Assembly: GCA_044892525.1 (NCBI GenBank)
Contig: CM097885.1
Span: 127,100,001 to 127,164,000 of the forward strand
Direction: 5' to 3'
DNA: 64,000 bases
Source: Schmidtea polychroa
Lineage: Eukaryota
In this document: positions 26,624 to 38,384 of the stretch, piece by piece
Layout: every line of letters starts with the position of its first letter
Numbering within the stretch: position 1 is the first letter of the stretch
Made by a program: the position numbers and the translations under genes
The notes under the pieces: model-generated
Database searches by the model: none
Told to the model about the DNA's origin: nothing
What the model saw: the letters and a program-made list of their open reading frames with translations, nothing else

Positions 26624-27292
26624 ATGAAGATTTTATCAGTTTTTTTTTTTTTTAATCATTGTTTACTATGTAATGTCAGCTACAGTTAATGAAAATAATT
26701 GCGAAGGTATTTGGCACTTATTTTTATTATATTTAAAAATTGTTCAGTTTGTGTTAAGTTTGTGAGACGCCTGAAAGATAGTCTAGATGGAGATGAAAGT
26801 ACAAATATCGAAAATATTGAAAATAAATTCAAAAAGATGAGCAAAACAAGTAAAGGAAAAGAATAAAGTCTGGTAAGGTATTATAACTGATTACTATAAA
26901 ATTGTAATTTATTTTTAGTGTTATTATATTGGAGGATTGGTAACATCTACTGCATATATTGTAAAACATTTGTCTCAGCCTTTGAGTTGGGTTATGCCCG
27001 CTGAAAAAGTCTGAAAAACTAAAAGCAATGGATTCACAAATTTGTGAATTAAAATATGGTATGTTCAGTTAAGATTTTAAATATTAATTCAACTATTTTT
27101 CAGACAAACCTATTGATCTTACTGGTATTAATCTAAACAAAGCTCGCGTTAAAGATCTCAAAAAATATTAGAAAGCTGGGGTGAAGAATGTAAAGGTTGT
27201 ACAGAAAAAACTGATTTTATCCGATTAATAAATGAAAAATGCCCATTTATGATCTTAAAGCAGCCAAGCAAAGAAATAAAGCCGATTTGGAG
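26624..27292 (+). pseudogene. MANF: Captured MANF/ARMET gene, 4 exons, in the 3' LTR
   Basis: Exons 26624-26706, 26748-26872, 26919-27058 and 27104-27292; GT-AG introns of 41, 46 and 45 nt. Signal peptide, NCEVCVKF, CYYIGG, EKLKAMDSQICELKY|[22 protein letters not shown] and C-terminal KADL. One stop and several frameshifts. Confidence 0.9.
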
Positions 27293-28349
27293 TTTTTTCT
27301 TTTTGAGTTTTTATTCAGGATGTTGTAATTAAATAAAATATTAAAATTCTTTTTTACAATGATGTAAATAAATTTGGTAATTGAAATTAATAAATTTAGT
27401 TTACTATTGGGTTTTGTCTTTTGATTTGATTTGAACATAATTTTGTCCATAATTTTTATAAATTATTCTATCTTTATTACTTTAAAGGGGTTGTGTAAAT
27501 TATTCCACAGGGGTCTTGAGGGGAAGATTATGGTATTGGTTATTTTCTAAAATCTATATATACATACACACATCCACATATATATACGTATACACATACA
27601 CCCACACATATATGGATATAATTTAAATTAATAATATTGATGTCGTTTTCAGGGGGGGGGTGTTACTAAAAATAGATTTTAGTGATTTTCCGTAATTTTA
27701 TTGGAAGATAGGGCCATTGAAACTAAATTTAGAGATAGGGGAATCCGAAAATCGATAATTTTGTTTAAAATTTTATTTTTATGAAATAATAATTACTTTA
27801 ATAATATAATCAGTTTAGTGGGGTTACTGGGGAAAATAAAATCAATGATATCAATAAAATGTAATAGTAGTACTAATGATAGTAGCAGTAATGTTAAAAT
27901 AACAATAATGATAAACGGCGAATGTACCTTGATATCTTTATGAAATTACCACGGGTATATAGCTTGGGGGTCATTTAGGAATTTTAAGAGTTATCATTTT
28001 AAAATCAAATATAAGATGAATATATACATATATATATAAGAGTAGTCTATCTTAGTGTAAATTTAGATAAATATATAATTTGAGGGGGGTCATTTAGGAA
28101 ATTTTACCACTTATATTTTTTATTATAATGTAAGTTAAATATATATTAAAATAAGCCAATTTAGTATGTATAAGTTTGAGGGGGTGCTCGTGAAAAAGGT
28201 AAGTTATACTTTTATAAGTTTCAAATATACATATGTAAGTTAGATTATGAATCTGGACATTTGTTTCGACCATTACGTAACTTGGGGGGGGTATTTATAA
28301 AATATTTACAACTTATTATAGATTATATTTTTATCGCTAACGTAGTTTA

Positions 28350-29180
28350 TATTTTATACTTTTATGACCAAATTAAGATTATAATTTATAGTCTTTCAGC
28401 TAATATAAGTTTATAATTTATATTTTTATGAAGTTAAATTTATAGTTTATATTTCTAAAGCTAATATAATTTTATAATTTATACTTTTAAGTTTATAATT
28501 TATATTTTATGAAGTTAAGTTAAATTTATAGTTTATATTTTAAAGCTAATATAATTTTATAATTTATACTTTTAAGTTTATAATTTATATTTTATGAAGT
28601 TAAGTTAAATTTATAGTTTATATTTTAAAGCTAATATAATTTTATAATTTATATTTTTATGAAGTTAAATTTATAGTTTATATTTCTAAAGCTAATATAA
28701 TTTTATAATTTATACTTTTAAGTTTATAATTTATATTTTATGAAGTTAAGTTAAATTTATAGTTTATATTTTAAAGCTAATATAATTTTATAATTTATAC
28801 TTTTAAGTTTATAATTTATATTTTATGAAGTTAAGTTAAATTTATAGTTTATATTTTAAAGCTAATATAATTTTATAATTTATATTTTTATGAAGTTAAA
28901 TTTATAGTTTATATTTTAGAGCCCATATAATTTTATAATTTATACTTTTAAGTCTATAATTTATATTTGGTGAAGTTCAATTTATAGTTTATATTTCCAA
29001 AGCTAATATAATTTTATAATTTATATTTTTATGAAGTTAAGATTATAATTTATAATTTTTATCGTCAATACAAATTTGTAATTTATAATTTCAAGAAATT
29101 AAATTTATAATTTATACCTTTATAACTAATCGTAATTTACATTTTGAAGAAATTAAATCTATAAGTATAATTCACATTTT
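28350..29180. repeat. AT-rich degenerate tandem array inside the LTR (mirror at about 43880-44710)
   Basis: Repeated TTATAATTTATA...GAAGTTAAATTTATAG...AAAGCTAATATAAT units. Confidence 0.85.
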
Positions 29181-31499
29181 TATGAAATTGAGAGGATAAT
29201 TTATACTGTTATGGGTTTACGATTTGAATTTTTATAGTTAGTTTAGAGTCTATTCAATTTAAAATCCAAGTCTTGCTGATGCGCATGTCGAACACCTTTA
29301 TGAATACTATCACTACTAAATCAATCATTTTTAAAAAATCTTTACTTTACACTATTACTAGAAAATTTATTTAAGACATTTATAAATCTAGATTCGACAA
29401 ACGTATAGGTAGAGTTGGTTCTTGATGATATTTAACCGTCTACATTAATTGTGAATTGTAGAGTTGTGATTAATTTAGGTCTGAGATCTACTCTGTTTAT
29501 CAACCTTAGTGTATTGTATTGTGATGATTTTGGATGTAGAGTTTAACTATGTAAATTATTCATGCATTGAAAGTCGGGAAGAGTGTTTGCTTTCGCGGCC
29601 CCACTGTGACCACTACGACAAACCTTACTGTTGTGTGGTAAGTCAACCCTTTACGGCTGACCTATAATAAATAGGTAGAGTCAGACGGAGGATTTCATCG
29701 ACTTAACTCCATGGCAGAACCATGAAGTGGTGCGACCTCCGAATGACCTGAACAAAAAAAAACAAATAATATTGATAAGTGCGTGCCAGGCAGTGGCCTG
29801 CAATCATTGTGGGCTGTTTAATCATCGATGATAAAGTGCATAGGTGCAGGGTTGACTGGGATCTCGCTCCAAAATCAATGATAACCGACGATCTCACTCA
29901 AACCTACATTTCTATAGTTAAAAAGAAATAATGAAAACAAGGTTTCAATAATAATAATTTATAATTCACAATGAAATCGTCCTTACCTACAATCTCAGAA
30001 AAATCAAAATCAAAAATTTGGCATAAGAGTAAACATTAGCATATTTTGCTTGCTTAAAAAGTGACGAAATGTGTTAGTTTATATAGCCTCTGTTTGACGT
30101 GTAAGTATACATGCGTGCATTGATGCAGTAAAACAAATTCGAATTATTTTAATTCTCGAACATTCGATTTTTAATTTTTATCGATTTTAATGGCGATTTT
30201 TCAGTAAGAATTTTTGTTTTTATTTTTGAAATTTTATTTTCGAATTATTTTTTATTAAATTTGCCTCCATGATGGATTTCAGCATTTCCAGAACATTCCA
30301 TGCTAAATTTAATCTATTTCTTGTTTTTAAATTGTTTTTATGATTTCTTTTCTAAAAAATTTATTTTTTAAACTAAAATATTTATTTTTTATAACTTTTA
30401 TTGGGTCGTTTGGCGGTCATGATGGATTTCGCCATTTTTATGAATTGTTCTGGATTTTTATTCGAAATATCGATATAATTTTCTTTTCGTAAGATTTTAT
30501 GGAGATTTCCTTTAATTTTCTTTTTGAAATTTTACTAATCGCCTTTATCCGAATTTGTTTTTTGTTGTTTTATGTCTTTCGGTTATATTTGAGTAAATTT
30601 TCGTGTAATACTTCTTGCTCGTGTTTTATTTTATTTTTAATTCAGATGTTTTATTTTTGGGTATATTATCTCTCTATTATCATTGTTTACTTGGTGTTTT
30701 ATATATTTTTATTTAAGTAAACTTAATGCTGGGTATGCGTGTTGTGTACTGACACATTTCGTCCCATTCCTAACTTTGGGTCTAGAAATCAGTTCTAGCC
30801 CAACATAAAACACTCGGGGGCCCATAAAATTGCGACCCGCAATTTAATCAATGTTCAAGATATAATTAGACAGAATTGGTTGCACTGTATTACAAGTGCC
30901 TACATGTAATTGGGTCCACGAGCTACAGGGTCGTGACCTCAATACCCACATACATAAAAAGTTTCTACTGATAAGCTACATGCTACAGATTGGTTTACAG
31001 ATGAAGAGAAAGAAGACCAAGGTCGGTCCACACAAAATTTAATCAAATTGTTATGCTCAAATAATATCATAGTAATATATAATATTGGCATCAAATCACA
31101 ATAATAATCAAATCATATCATTGTTGTATCATGTCAGGATCATTATTAAATCACATCTAGATCATTTTCAGATCATTGTCAATCGAATCAGGATCATTGT
31201 CAACACATAATAAGAACATTGTCAATCAACTCAATATCGTTGTCATATTATATCAAGATCATTGTCGGTTTATATCAGGATTTAAACACTCGGTTGTTCG
31301 GGATCTCGTCTCGATGACGGTTCTAGTTTTGAAGGTTGTAGAAGATAGATTTGATAGATTTGATAGATTTGGTCTCTGGGTATTGGTTCGTCTATTAGAA
31401 TGCGAATGCTTCGGAATTGTTCTTTCAACTTGAGAGATTTTGGTGCTTTCATGGATTTGAGTGGGTTTAAGGGCTATCAAGCTCAGTATTGTTATTTAT

Positions 31500-32430
31500 C
31501 ATGAGATTCGCTGCTGACAGGATCAGTACTGTTATGGATTCTGGGTTTTCTTTACATTCAATTTTTTTTTTCTGCTGACCTTGTTTTGATTGTCACTTCT
31601 TTCTTTAGCTCTTGTCACATGCTCACTGTTTTCATTAGCTGGATTGTATCAGTCGAGTTGAGTTCCTCTTCGAGGTTATTTGATTCAGTGTGTAGGGTAT
31701 TGTTTACTGTCGTCATTACTCCTTTCCAGATTTCCGTGAACATCTTTATTAGGACATTGTAGTATGCGAAGTCTTCGTTGAAGGTAGTTGATATTCTCCT
31801 CTTTATTCCTTCTAAAGTTTTGGTCATTGTCTCATGGTTCATCGGGATTTTGTTCATAGTTTTTATTATTTCCATCTATATTTCTCTCAATGTTTTTATT
31901 ATTTCATCTTGAGTAATCGGCTTTTCTTTGACTGCGTTATTTACCCTTTCCTTTATTTCTTCAAGCGTCTTTGCTTCATAGTTGCTCGGACATTCGTTAA
32001 CAGACATCATTATTCGCTGCTTCATTTCTTCTAAGATTTTTATTATTATTGTCATCTGGGATGTGGCTGATTCTTGCTGTGGTTCTCTCTTTAACTTCTG
32101 CTTTTCTTGTTACAAGTCGTGTAGTACCTCCATGGCATAATCTTCATCCTTATAGGGTTTGACGTGCTCTTATTAATAATCTTTGTCCGCACACAATAGT
32201 CTCTCCTCGAATTCATCTGACTTGACCTAATATTTTCTTATCAGCTCATAGTTAAAAGTTTTGTTCCTCCACTTCTCTCCACTTTCTCTCGGCATTCTGC
32301 CACGATAGCGTTTAATCTCGGAGCTTCTACTTTGGCTATAATTTTGTTTGTTTACAGGGCTACTTTCCCCTTCTTTTATGTCTCTCCCGTTGAGTCCGGT
32401 TCCCCAGTTCCGTGTAGGCCGGTTATCCAC
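31500..32430 (-). pseudogene. Decayed accessory ORF downstream of gag-env, function unknown
   Basis: Minus-strand ORF fragments 32227-32430 and 31615-31875 with coding-like, helical composition. Confidence 0.35.
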
Positions 32431-32965
32431 TCAACTTAACTCGTGATATCATCATGCTGACAGTCTTCGCGTAATCTTCTGATTTCTCCTGTCTACCATT
32501 TTATTTGGCTAATCAACTGTTTGTTATTGTATTCTTATTGTGCGATTATTTGTTGTTGCTCTTTTATTCTTGTTACATATATCGAGTTTCTATTGATGCT
32601 CTCCATTAACGCATTCTAATTACGTAACCGATATTCTTGGGTATGATTTGTCGTTTGTCATTAATTCACATTGTGTTCTTCACATTGATCCTGCTGACTA
32701 ACTTGGTTGGTTTATCGTTGTACTTGTATCAATTTCTACTATTTATGTCTGATTAATGTTTACTAGTGGTTGATTTCCCAACTCAACAACATGTGGTATC
32801 CTCGTTTGATATACTTGATCCTCGTTTCTCTGATTCATTCATAATACGTAGTTATCCTACCCATTTTTTTTGTACCTTTTTTTTTTTTGAACATATTACT
32901 AATCTACTAAACTACTTTTACCCTCACGTTTATATACACACTATTTACATCGACTCATCACTTTC

Positions 32966-35900
32966 TTATACCATTGTTGCCAGGGGACCTGAATGCAATG
33001 TGCGCATCCCCCCATATCTTTCATCCGTTAGCCGGTATATGTCAAATTCGTTTACCCAATCGTTTAGGGTTTGTATTCTGAGTAATTCTTGCGTCCATAG
33101 TCTGCTTGACCTTGGATCTTCAATCGCTTCGTACTCTTCTGGATTCGGGTTTTCTGTTGGAATACCATATTCGGAATTCTCCACTTGTGGCCATCTTTTT
33201 CTGCCTTTAGGTTTTTGTTTACATATTTTGGAGGTTCTTATCCATTGGATTATTATTGATGTTATCACTGCACTCATTATTGCGCTAGCGATCCACATCA
33301 TTTTAACGGTTATCAGTGTCTCGTTGAATTTTCCTGTCGTTATCATCATTTTAGTTTCTGTTGTAGTTGCCTCTTGTGTTTTATTTTTCTTGAGCATCTG
33401 GTATAACTGTTTCGTTTCTTCTGCCGTTAGATGTTCGTTTCCTTTTGGCTTTTCCACTTCTTTTGGTTTTCTGGTTGTCAATAGTATGTTTATCATCCGT
33501 GGTCGTTGTCTGTTTATTGCTTGGCATGAACTTAAATCGCTTCCGTTTTTAAGAACGCATATGTGGTATCGTCCCTTTCTTTCTCCTATTGTCATTTTAA
33601 CTTCTGCACCTTTGTCAAGTAGTGTTTCTATGCAGTCGACTATTCCTGTCCTGTTTAGTACACATACTCTTACTATTGGTTCTTCACCTTGGTTTCTGAC
33701 CGTGATTACTTCTTCTCTTTTCTTGTTGAATTCGACATTTACTAGTACTTCTCGTCTCTCATCTTTGATCCATATTACTGTTGTGTTTTTCTTGGTTTGG
33801 TGCTGTCCTCTTATCATTCCCGTACGGGATTGTTTCTGGCGTTTCTTAATTGCCGGTTTGATCCTTGGTTGATATCGTTTACTAGCCATACTTTTTGGCC
33901 TGCTTTTTATTTGCGCGGTTTTAACTGCTTTACATACCACTATTGCCTGGGTACCTGCGCATATCACCATGTTGGTGTTTGGTTTTACGTTTGTCCAAAA
34001 AAATTCGCGATCTCGTTTCATGTCCACCGTTATACATATGTCTTCGTCATCTCTAAAACATATTTGCGTTGTTGGCAAATTTCCTTTATCTATTATTTCG
34101 ATACCTTCCATTGTAGCTTTAATTGCGACATGTACTCCGGTTTCGTTAGCTCTTTCCAATTCTTTTTTTTCTGATGTTATGTCTTCGCAAATGTTGTAGT
34201 CTCCGCATAATTCAGGTTCTCCATTTTGACTATTGAAAATCCTCCCTTTTGTTATCGTTCTAAAATCACAACTTACTCCGGTTCCTTCCATCAATTGGAT
34301 GCATATCCCGACCGCGTTTCCGTCGTTGCCGCTGACTTTTATCATGAATAGTTCGCCTTCTTTCAGATTTCCTCTCGTAATTCGCGTATTTTTCGTTTCT
34401 GTTAGGCAAATTGACGTTAGTATTATTAGGATAATTTGTAGTAGGAGTGACTGGTTTAGATTCTTCCGCATTACTATGTTATGCAGTGGGGACTTTCGTT
34501 TGTCGTTCTCTGTTTCATTATGTTGGTTGTCTTCACTTTGGTCTGAGTTGTCCTCAGTATCCTTCAAGTCTTCGTCGTCATCTTCTGACTCCTTGTCTTC
34601 TTCATTATCTCGTTCGTTTGAGTTCCCATTTATGTTGTTCCTTTCATGGTTCCCGCCATCTTCCTCATTTTTGTCGTTATGGTCTTTGTCATTTTTTCCA
34701 CTCCGGCCTTTTCCAAAAATGTCGTCTTCGACATGTGATGTTTTGATCATTTCTTCGTGTTTATTTAAATGACTATTCTTCAGTGATTCTCTTACTATTG
34801 TCACTTTTCTGTTGGATGGCCATGGTAATTCTTGTTCACATCTGATTCTCTCGTATTCACCATATTTTGATATCAACTCCGTTGCTCGTTTATATTCAAA
34901 TCCCATAATCTCAGTATCCCGTACGTCTTTGACAAACTGTTTCATTAGCTGCGGCCATCTTTCCCTAAATCTGTTAATATATTTCTTCGCTTGATCGATT
35001 GCTTGTTTTACTACGATTATTTGATTTTCCTTCATTATCTTTTGTTCAGTCTTTTCTATTTCTGGTTCCACTTCATTGTTGAATATCTGTTGGATTTTCC
35101 TCAGTATTTCCGTTACTGATTCGCTGTCTCTGTTTTTCTTTAAGATTAAGATATTAACTTCGTTTGGCCATCTCATCATATCTACTAGATGTATGCTCAT
35201 TTTAACTTTATAACCATTGTCGTATAGCTGTTTATTTTTATGACTTGTTCCCATCTTTTGTTGTACCCAATTATACAGTTTATCGGTATTTGTTACTTTT
35301 AATTCAATAATCTGTATCTGAGTTTCAGGGTGTTGAATACTTACTTGGTATTGATCTGGATCAACTTCTTTCAATTTTCCTTTATATTTCGTCACCAAAT
35401 CTTTCCATGTTGCCGTTAATATATCTCCTTCCCACTGGTATGCTTGAGTTATCAGTTTTATACATTTTCTGTATGTTGGTTCGTTGATATAGCTCTCATT
35501 TCGTTCTCTTTCCGATACCGTGTCGGAAATTTCCTCAAATATTTCCTCATCGTCATTTTCTATCAGTGATCCCATATCGTCGCTCTCACCCTCTTCGTTA
35601 TTTTGAGGTGTTCTTTGTTCATTATTTTCATCACTTGATTGAGATAATTCACTTCTCAGGCTACTCATCGCACTTTTCCCGTCTTCCTGATCCGTCTGAT
35701 CATTCTGTATTTGTCTCAGCATGTTTATATTGGCTCTGTTACTTGGTTCTTTCTTTTCGAACCACTCATTTTTCCTGAACCAGTTGTCTTTTACTTTTTC
35801 TTTTACTTGCTCATCCGTTAATTTTGGTTCTTCTCTTCTAATTCTATCTTCAATTTTTTGTAGTAATACCCTTTGAATTCGATTCTTTGTAACAATCTCG

Positions 35901-37651
35901 TTGCTTTTTGGTTCGTGCCCTGTTTCATCTCTTCTTCGTCTCTTTTCTTTTTCTTCTTTGGTGAACCCTTGTATTATTTTTATTTTATCCTCGCTACTCA
36001 GTTCAGTCAATTGCTCCGTCAATTGATGTGACCCATTTTCTTTTATCACTTTTGTCTCGTTGATTACGGTCATATCGCTCCCTTCCTTGTTAATACACTG
36101 CTCCGCAGTGTGCGGTTCCCCTTTGTTCATTAATCTCATCATATTTATTCTTCCGGTGTTGGTTTCTCGCTTTTTCCATCTTTTTTGAATTTCTCTGGCT
36201 TTTTCGTTTAGTGGTCTCTGCCCTTCGATTCGTTGCTGATCTTTTTGTTCTCTTGTTGGTCGTTTTTGGATGTCCTCTGGTATCCGTTGGATCATCTTTT
36301 TCAACTGTCCAATTTCCTGCATGATGTTGACTTGTATATTTTGACTTGAATCGTTTGCTCTTGGTTGATTATGCTTTGTCCTCATCGCGCATTCTCTCGC
36401 CACATGTCCAAGTTGGTTGCAACTGTAGCAGGTTCTAGTCCTTCCTCCTCTCATCGACATCATTGGTCCTCGGCATATATTTTCTGTGTGACCCCTTTTA
36501 CCGCAATTTTGGCACATCCTTGTCTTATAACACTCGTTGCTCCAATGTCCTAGTCGTTGACATATGTTACACTTCCGATTATTGTTCTCATTGTTCCTGA
36601 AATTATTAGTGTAAAATTGAATATTACCTCTGTTATCTGGATTTGTCGTTTTTGGCGCCTTGAACAACTGTTGCGATTCTGAGATAAATTGATTCATTCC
36701 TAGATTTCCATTGTTGGTTTGATTAATTTCGGTTGTCGTTGTTGGTGTTGTAGCTATTGGTACTGCTGCCATTGCTGCTACTTGTACTGGAGTCAAGTAG
36801 TTTTCACATTTATTAGCGATTTTTAATGCTTCCTCGAGCGTGTCTGGTGCTCGGCACCCCACTGTTGCTCGTATGTCCTTTCTTTTCATACCCTCTACGA
36901 ATACGGCTATTATCTTGTCTTCCGGAACTGTTTGATTTGAATCGAATGCTTCTTTTGCCAGTCGTCTTAATTCACATGCATATAGTGCGTTTGACTCATT
37001 GTATTTCTGCTTTCGATGCAGAAAATCCAACATTTTGCGATTTACTTCCCTTTTGCTACCGAATGTTTTTATTAAAAAATTCTTTATTGATTTCCATGTT
37101 TTTAGTTTTGTTGCATCACACTTTGCCTCTAAATATACATCTTGTGCACTTCCTCTTAAATATAATGGTATTCGCTCTCGTACGACTATGTCTGGCCAGT
37201 GACATATTGTAATATATACCTCGAATTCTTTTATAAACGTTTCTAGTTCATTAATATTCCCATCGAATGGTTCTCCTCGAAATCTTTCTCTAAGTTCTCC
37301 AACATTGACATTAACATGGTTTATCTCTGGTGTGTATGTCAACTCTGACCCATTCGGGTTGTTCACTTGGTTTCCGTCTAACATTATATCTCGACACGAA
37401 CTTGTCATGCCTGAACTACTATCTTCCTTGTCTGTTGGTTTGATATCAGTTACCGGATATAATTCGTTTCTTTTAATATCGTCGCTGTTTTCACCTTCGT
37501 TGGTTAAGCTGTCTGATTCAAATAATGTTTTCACTGGCGCTGGTTTCTTATTGATTCTTCTGTTTCTCTTGGCTCTTTGTCTCTCTGCGTTTCCTAATAA
37601 ACTAGAGCCTCCTTTACTCTGCAATCTCGTTCGATTGGCTTTATTATCCAT
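32966..37651 (-). CDS. 1561-aa Gag plus Env-like polyprotein
   Basis: Ty3-type capsid (FDGNINELETFIKEFE...QKYNESNALYACELRRLA) and three CCHC knuckles. Then a long charged linker, an internal hydrophobic signal (LLLQIILIILTSICLT, aa ~1070), a Cys-spaced beta-rich region, a TM helix (aa ~1450-1470) and a tail with YEAI. No protease, RT or integrase motifs seen. Confidence 0.9.
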   Translation of the reverse strand: MDNKANRTRLQSKGGSSLLGNAERQRAKRNRRINKKPAPVKTLFESDSLTNEGENSDDIKRNELYPVTDIKPTDKEDSSSGMTSSCRDIMLDGNQVNNPNGSELTYTPEINHVNVNVGELRERFRGEPFDGNINELETFIKEFEVYITICHWPDIVVRERIPLYLRGSAQDVYLEAKCDATKLKTWKSIKNFLIKTFGSKREVNRKMLDFLHRKQKYNESNALYACELRRLAKEAFDSNQTVPEDKIIAVFVEGMKRKDIRATVGCRAPDTLEEALKIANKCENYLTPVQVAAMAAVPIATTPTTTTEINQTNNGNLGMNQFISESQQLFKAPKTTNPDNRGNIQFYTNNFRNNENNNRKCNICQRLGHWSNECYKTRMCQNCGKRGHTENICRGPMMSMRGGRTRTCYSCNQLGHVARECAMRTKHNQPRANDSSQNIQVNIMQEIGQLKKMIQRIPEDIQKRPTREQKDQQRIEGQRPLNEKAREIQKRWKKRETNTGRINMMRLMNKGEPHTAEQCINKEGSDMTVINETKVIKENGSHQLTEQLTELSSEDKIKIIQGFTKEEKEKRRRRDETGHEPKSNEIVTKNRIQRVLLQKIEDRIRREEPKLTDEQVKEKVKDNWFRKNEWFEKKEPSNRANINMLRQIQNDQTDQEDGKSAMSSLRSELSQSSDENNEQRTPQNNEEGESDDMGSLIENDDEEIFEEISDTVSERERNESYINEPTYRKCIKLITQAYQWEGDILTATWKDLVTKYKGKLKEVDPDQYQVSIQHPETQIQIIELKVTNTDKLYNWVQQKMGTSHKNKQLYDNGYKVKMSIHLVDMMRWPNEVNILILKKNRDSESVTEILRKIQQIFNNEVEPEIEKTEQKIMKENQIIVVKQAIDQAKKYINRFRERWPQLMKQFVKDVRDTEIMGFEYKRATELISKYGEYERIRCEQELPWPSNRKVTIVRESLKNSHLNKHEEMIKTSHVEDDIFGKGRSGKNDKDHNDKNEEDGGNHERNNINGNSNERDNEEDKESEDDDEDLKDTEDNSDQSEDNQHNETENDKRKSPLHNIVMRKNLNQSLLLQIILIILTSICLTETKNTRITRGNLKEGELFMIKVSGNDGNAVGICIQLMEGTGVSCDFRTITKGRIFNSQNGEPELCGDYNICEDITSEKKELERANETGVHVAIKATMEGIEIIDKGNLPTTQICFRDDEDICITVDMKRDREFFWTNVKPNTNMVICAGTQAIVVCKAVKTAQIKSRPKSMASKRYQPRIKPAIKKRQKQSRTGMIRGQHQTKKNTTVIWIKDERREVLVNVEFNKKREEVITVRNQGEEPIVRVCVLNRTGIVDCIETLLDKGAEVKMTIGERKGRYHICVLKNGSDLSSCQAINRQRPRMINILLTTRKPKEVEKPKGNEHLTAEETKQLYQMLKKNKTQEATTTETKMMITTGKFNETLITVKMMWIASAIMSAVITSIIIQWIRTSKICKQKPKGRKRWPQVENSEYGIPTENPNPEEYEAIEDPRSSRLWTQELLRIQTLNDWVNEFDIYRLTDERYGGMRTLHSGPLATMV

Positions 37652-38384
37652 CTTTCTCGCTTTAATAATCTCTTTTGAATTTCACTGTGTTTCGTTGGCC
37701 AACGCTTTAATTTTCCTCTTGGTATTTAATTTGACTTTGTTTACCTTTCTTCTATCCTCGTTTGATTCTCTTGATTCCTTATTTGTTTTCTTTTGAATTT
37801 TTGATTTCTCTTTATTTCTCTTGAATTCTTGGCTTGTATTGACTTCCTTCTGACTTATTGATTGACTTATTCTAAAATAATTAACACTCCTAGTACATAT
37901 CATAATATTTTATTCATTTTATCCTACCCTTCATTTATTTCCCTATTTTCTTTATTTTATACTACTCTTTACTCATTATTTCTCTCGCTGTTCCTTTTCT
38001 AATTCATGGTACGCTTTTACTTTTTGCTACTCACCCCCCTTTGAATTTAAGTCCATTTTTAATTATCTATAACTCGTATGAATTATCTATATCGTCGTAT
38101 CAATTATCTATCATATAATCACAACATCAATTATATAATTGAAAAATATATATCATTAGTCATATACATATAAAACTCATCAGTAACTTAATCTCTCTTC
38201 GCTTTTCCCCATTCAAAAATTTGGTTTCAGTTTCTCTTGCGCCGGCGCTCTATCATAATTTTCCTTTACTCATTACATCTTTGTCGCACTTAATCTATTC
38301 AATTTAATCAATTTCATCTTAATCGTTTGTTTATAGTTAATCATCGATGCTTTGGTTCGCGCGATCTCTGCGTATACATTTATT

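Larger units (their letters stand above)
25977..30805 (-). repeat. 3' LTR of element A (4829 bp)
   Basis: Matches 41508-46335. Only two differences noticed by eye: A26875/G42406 and a 1-bp indel in a G run near 27655. Confidence 0.95.

Noticed and set aside
32766-37796. Plus-strand ORFs up to 368 aa with hydrophobic composition
   Set aside because: Antisense shadows of the 1561-aa gag-env frame.
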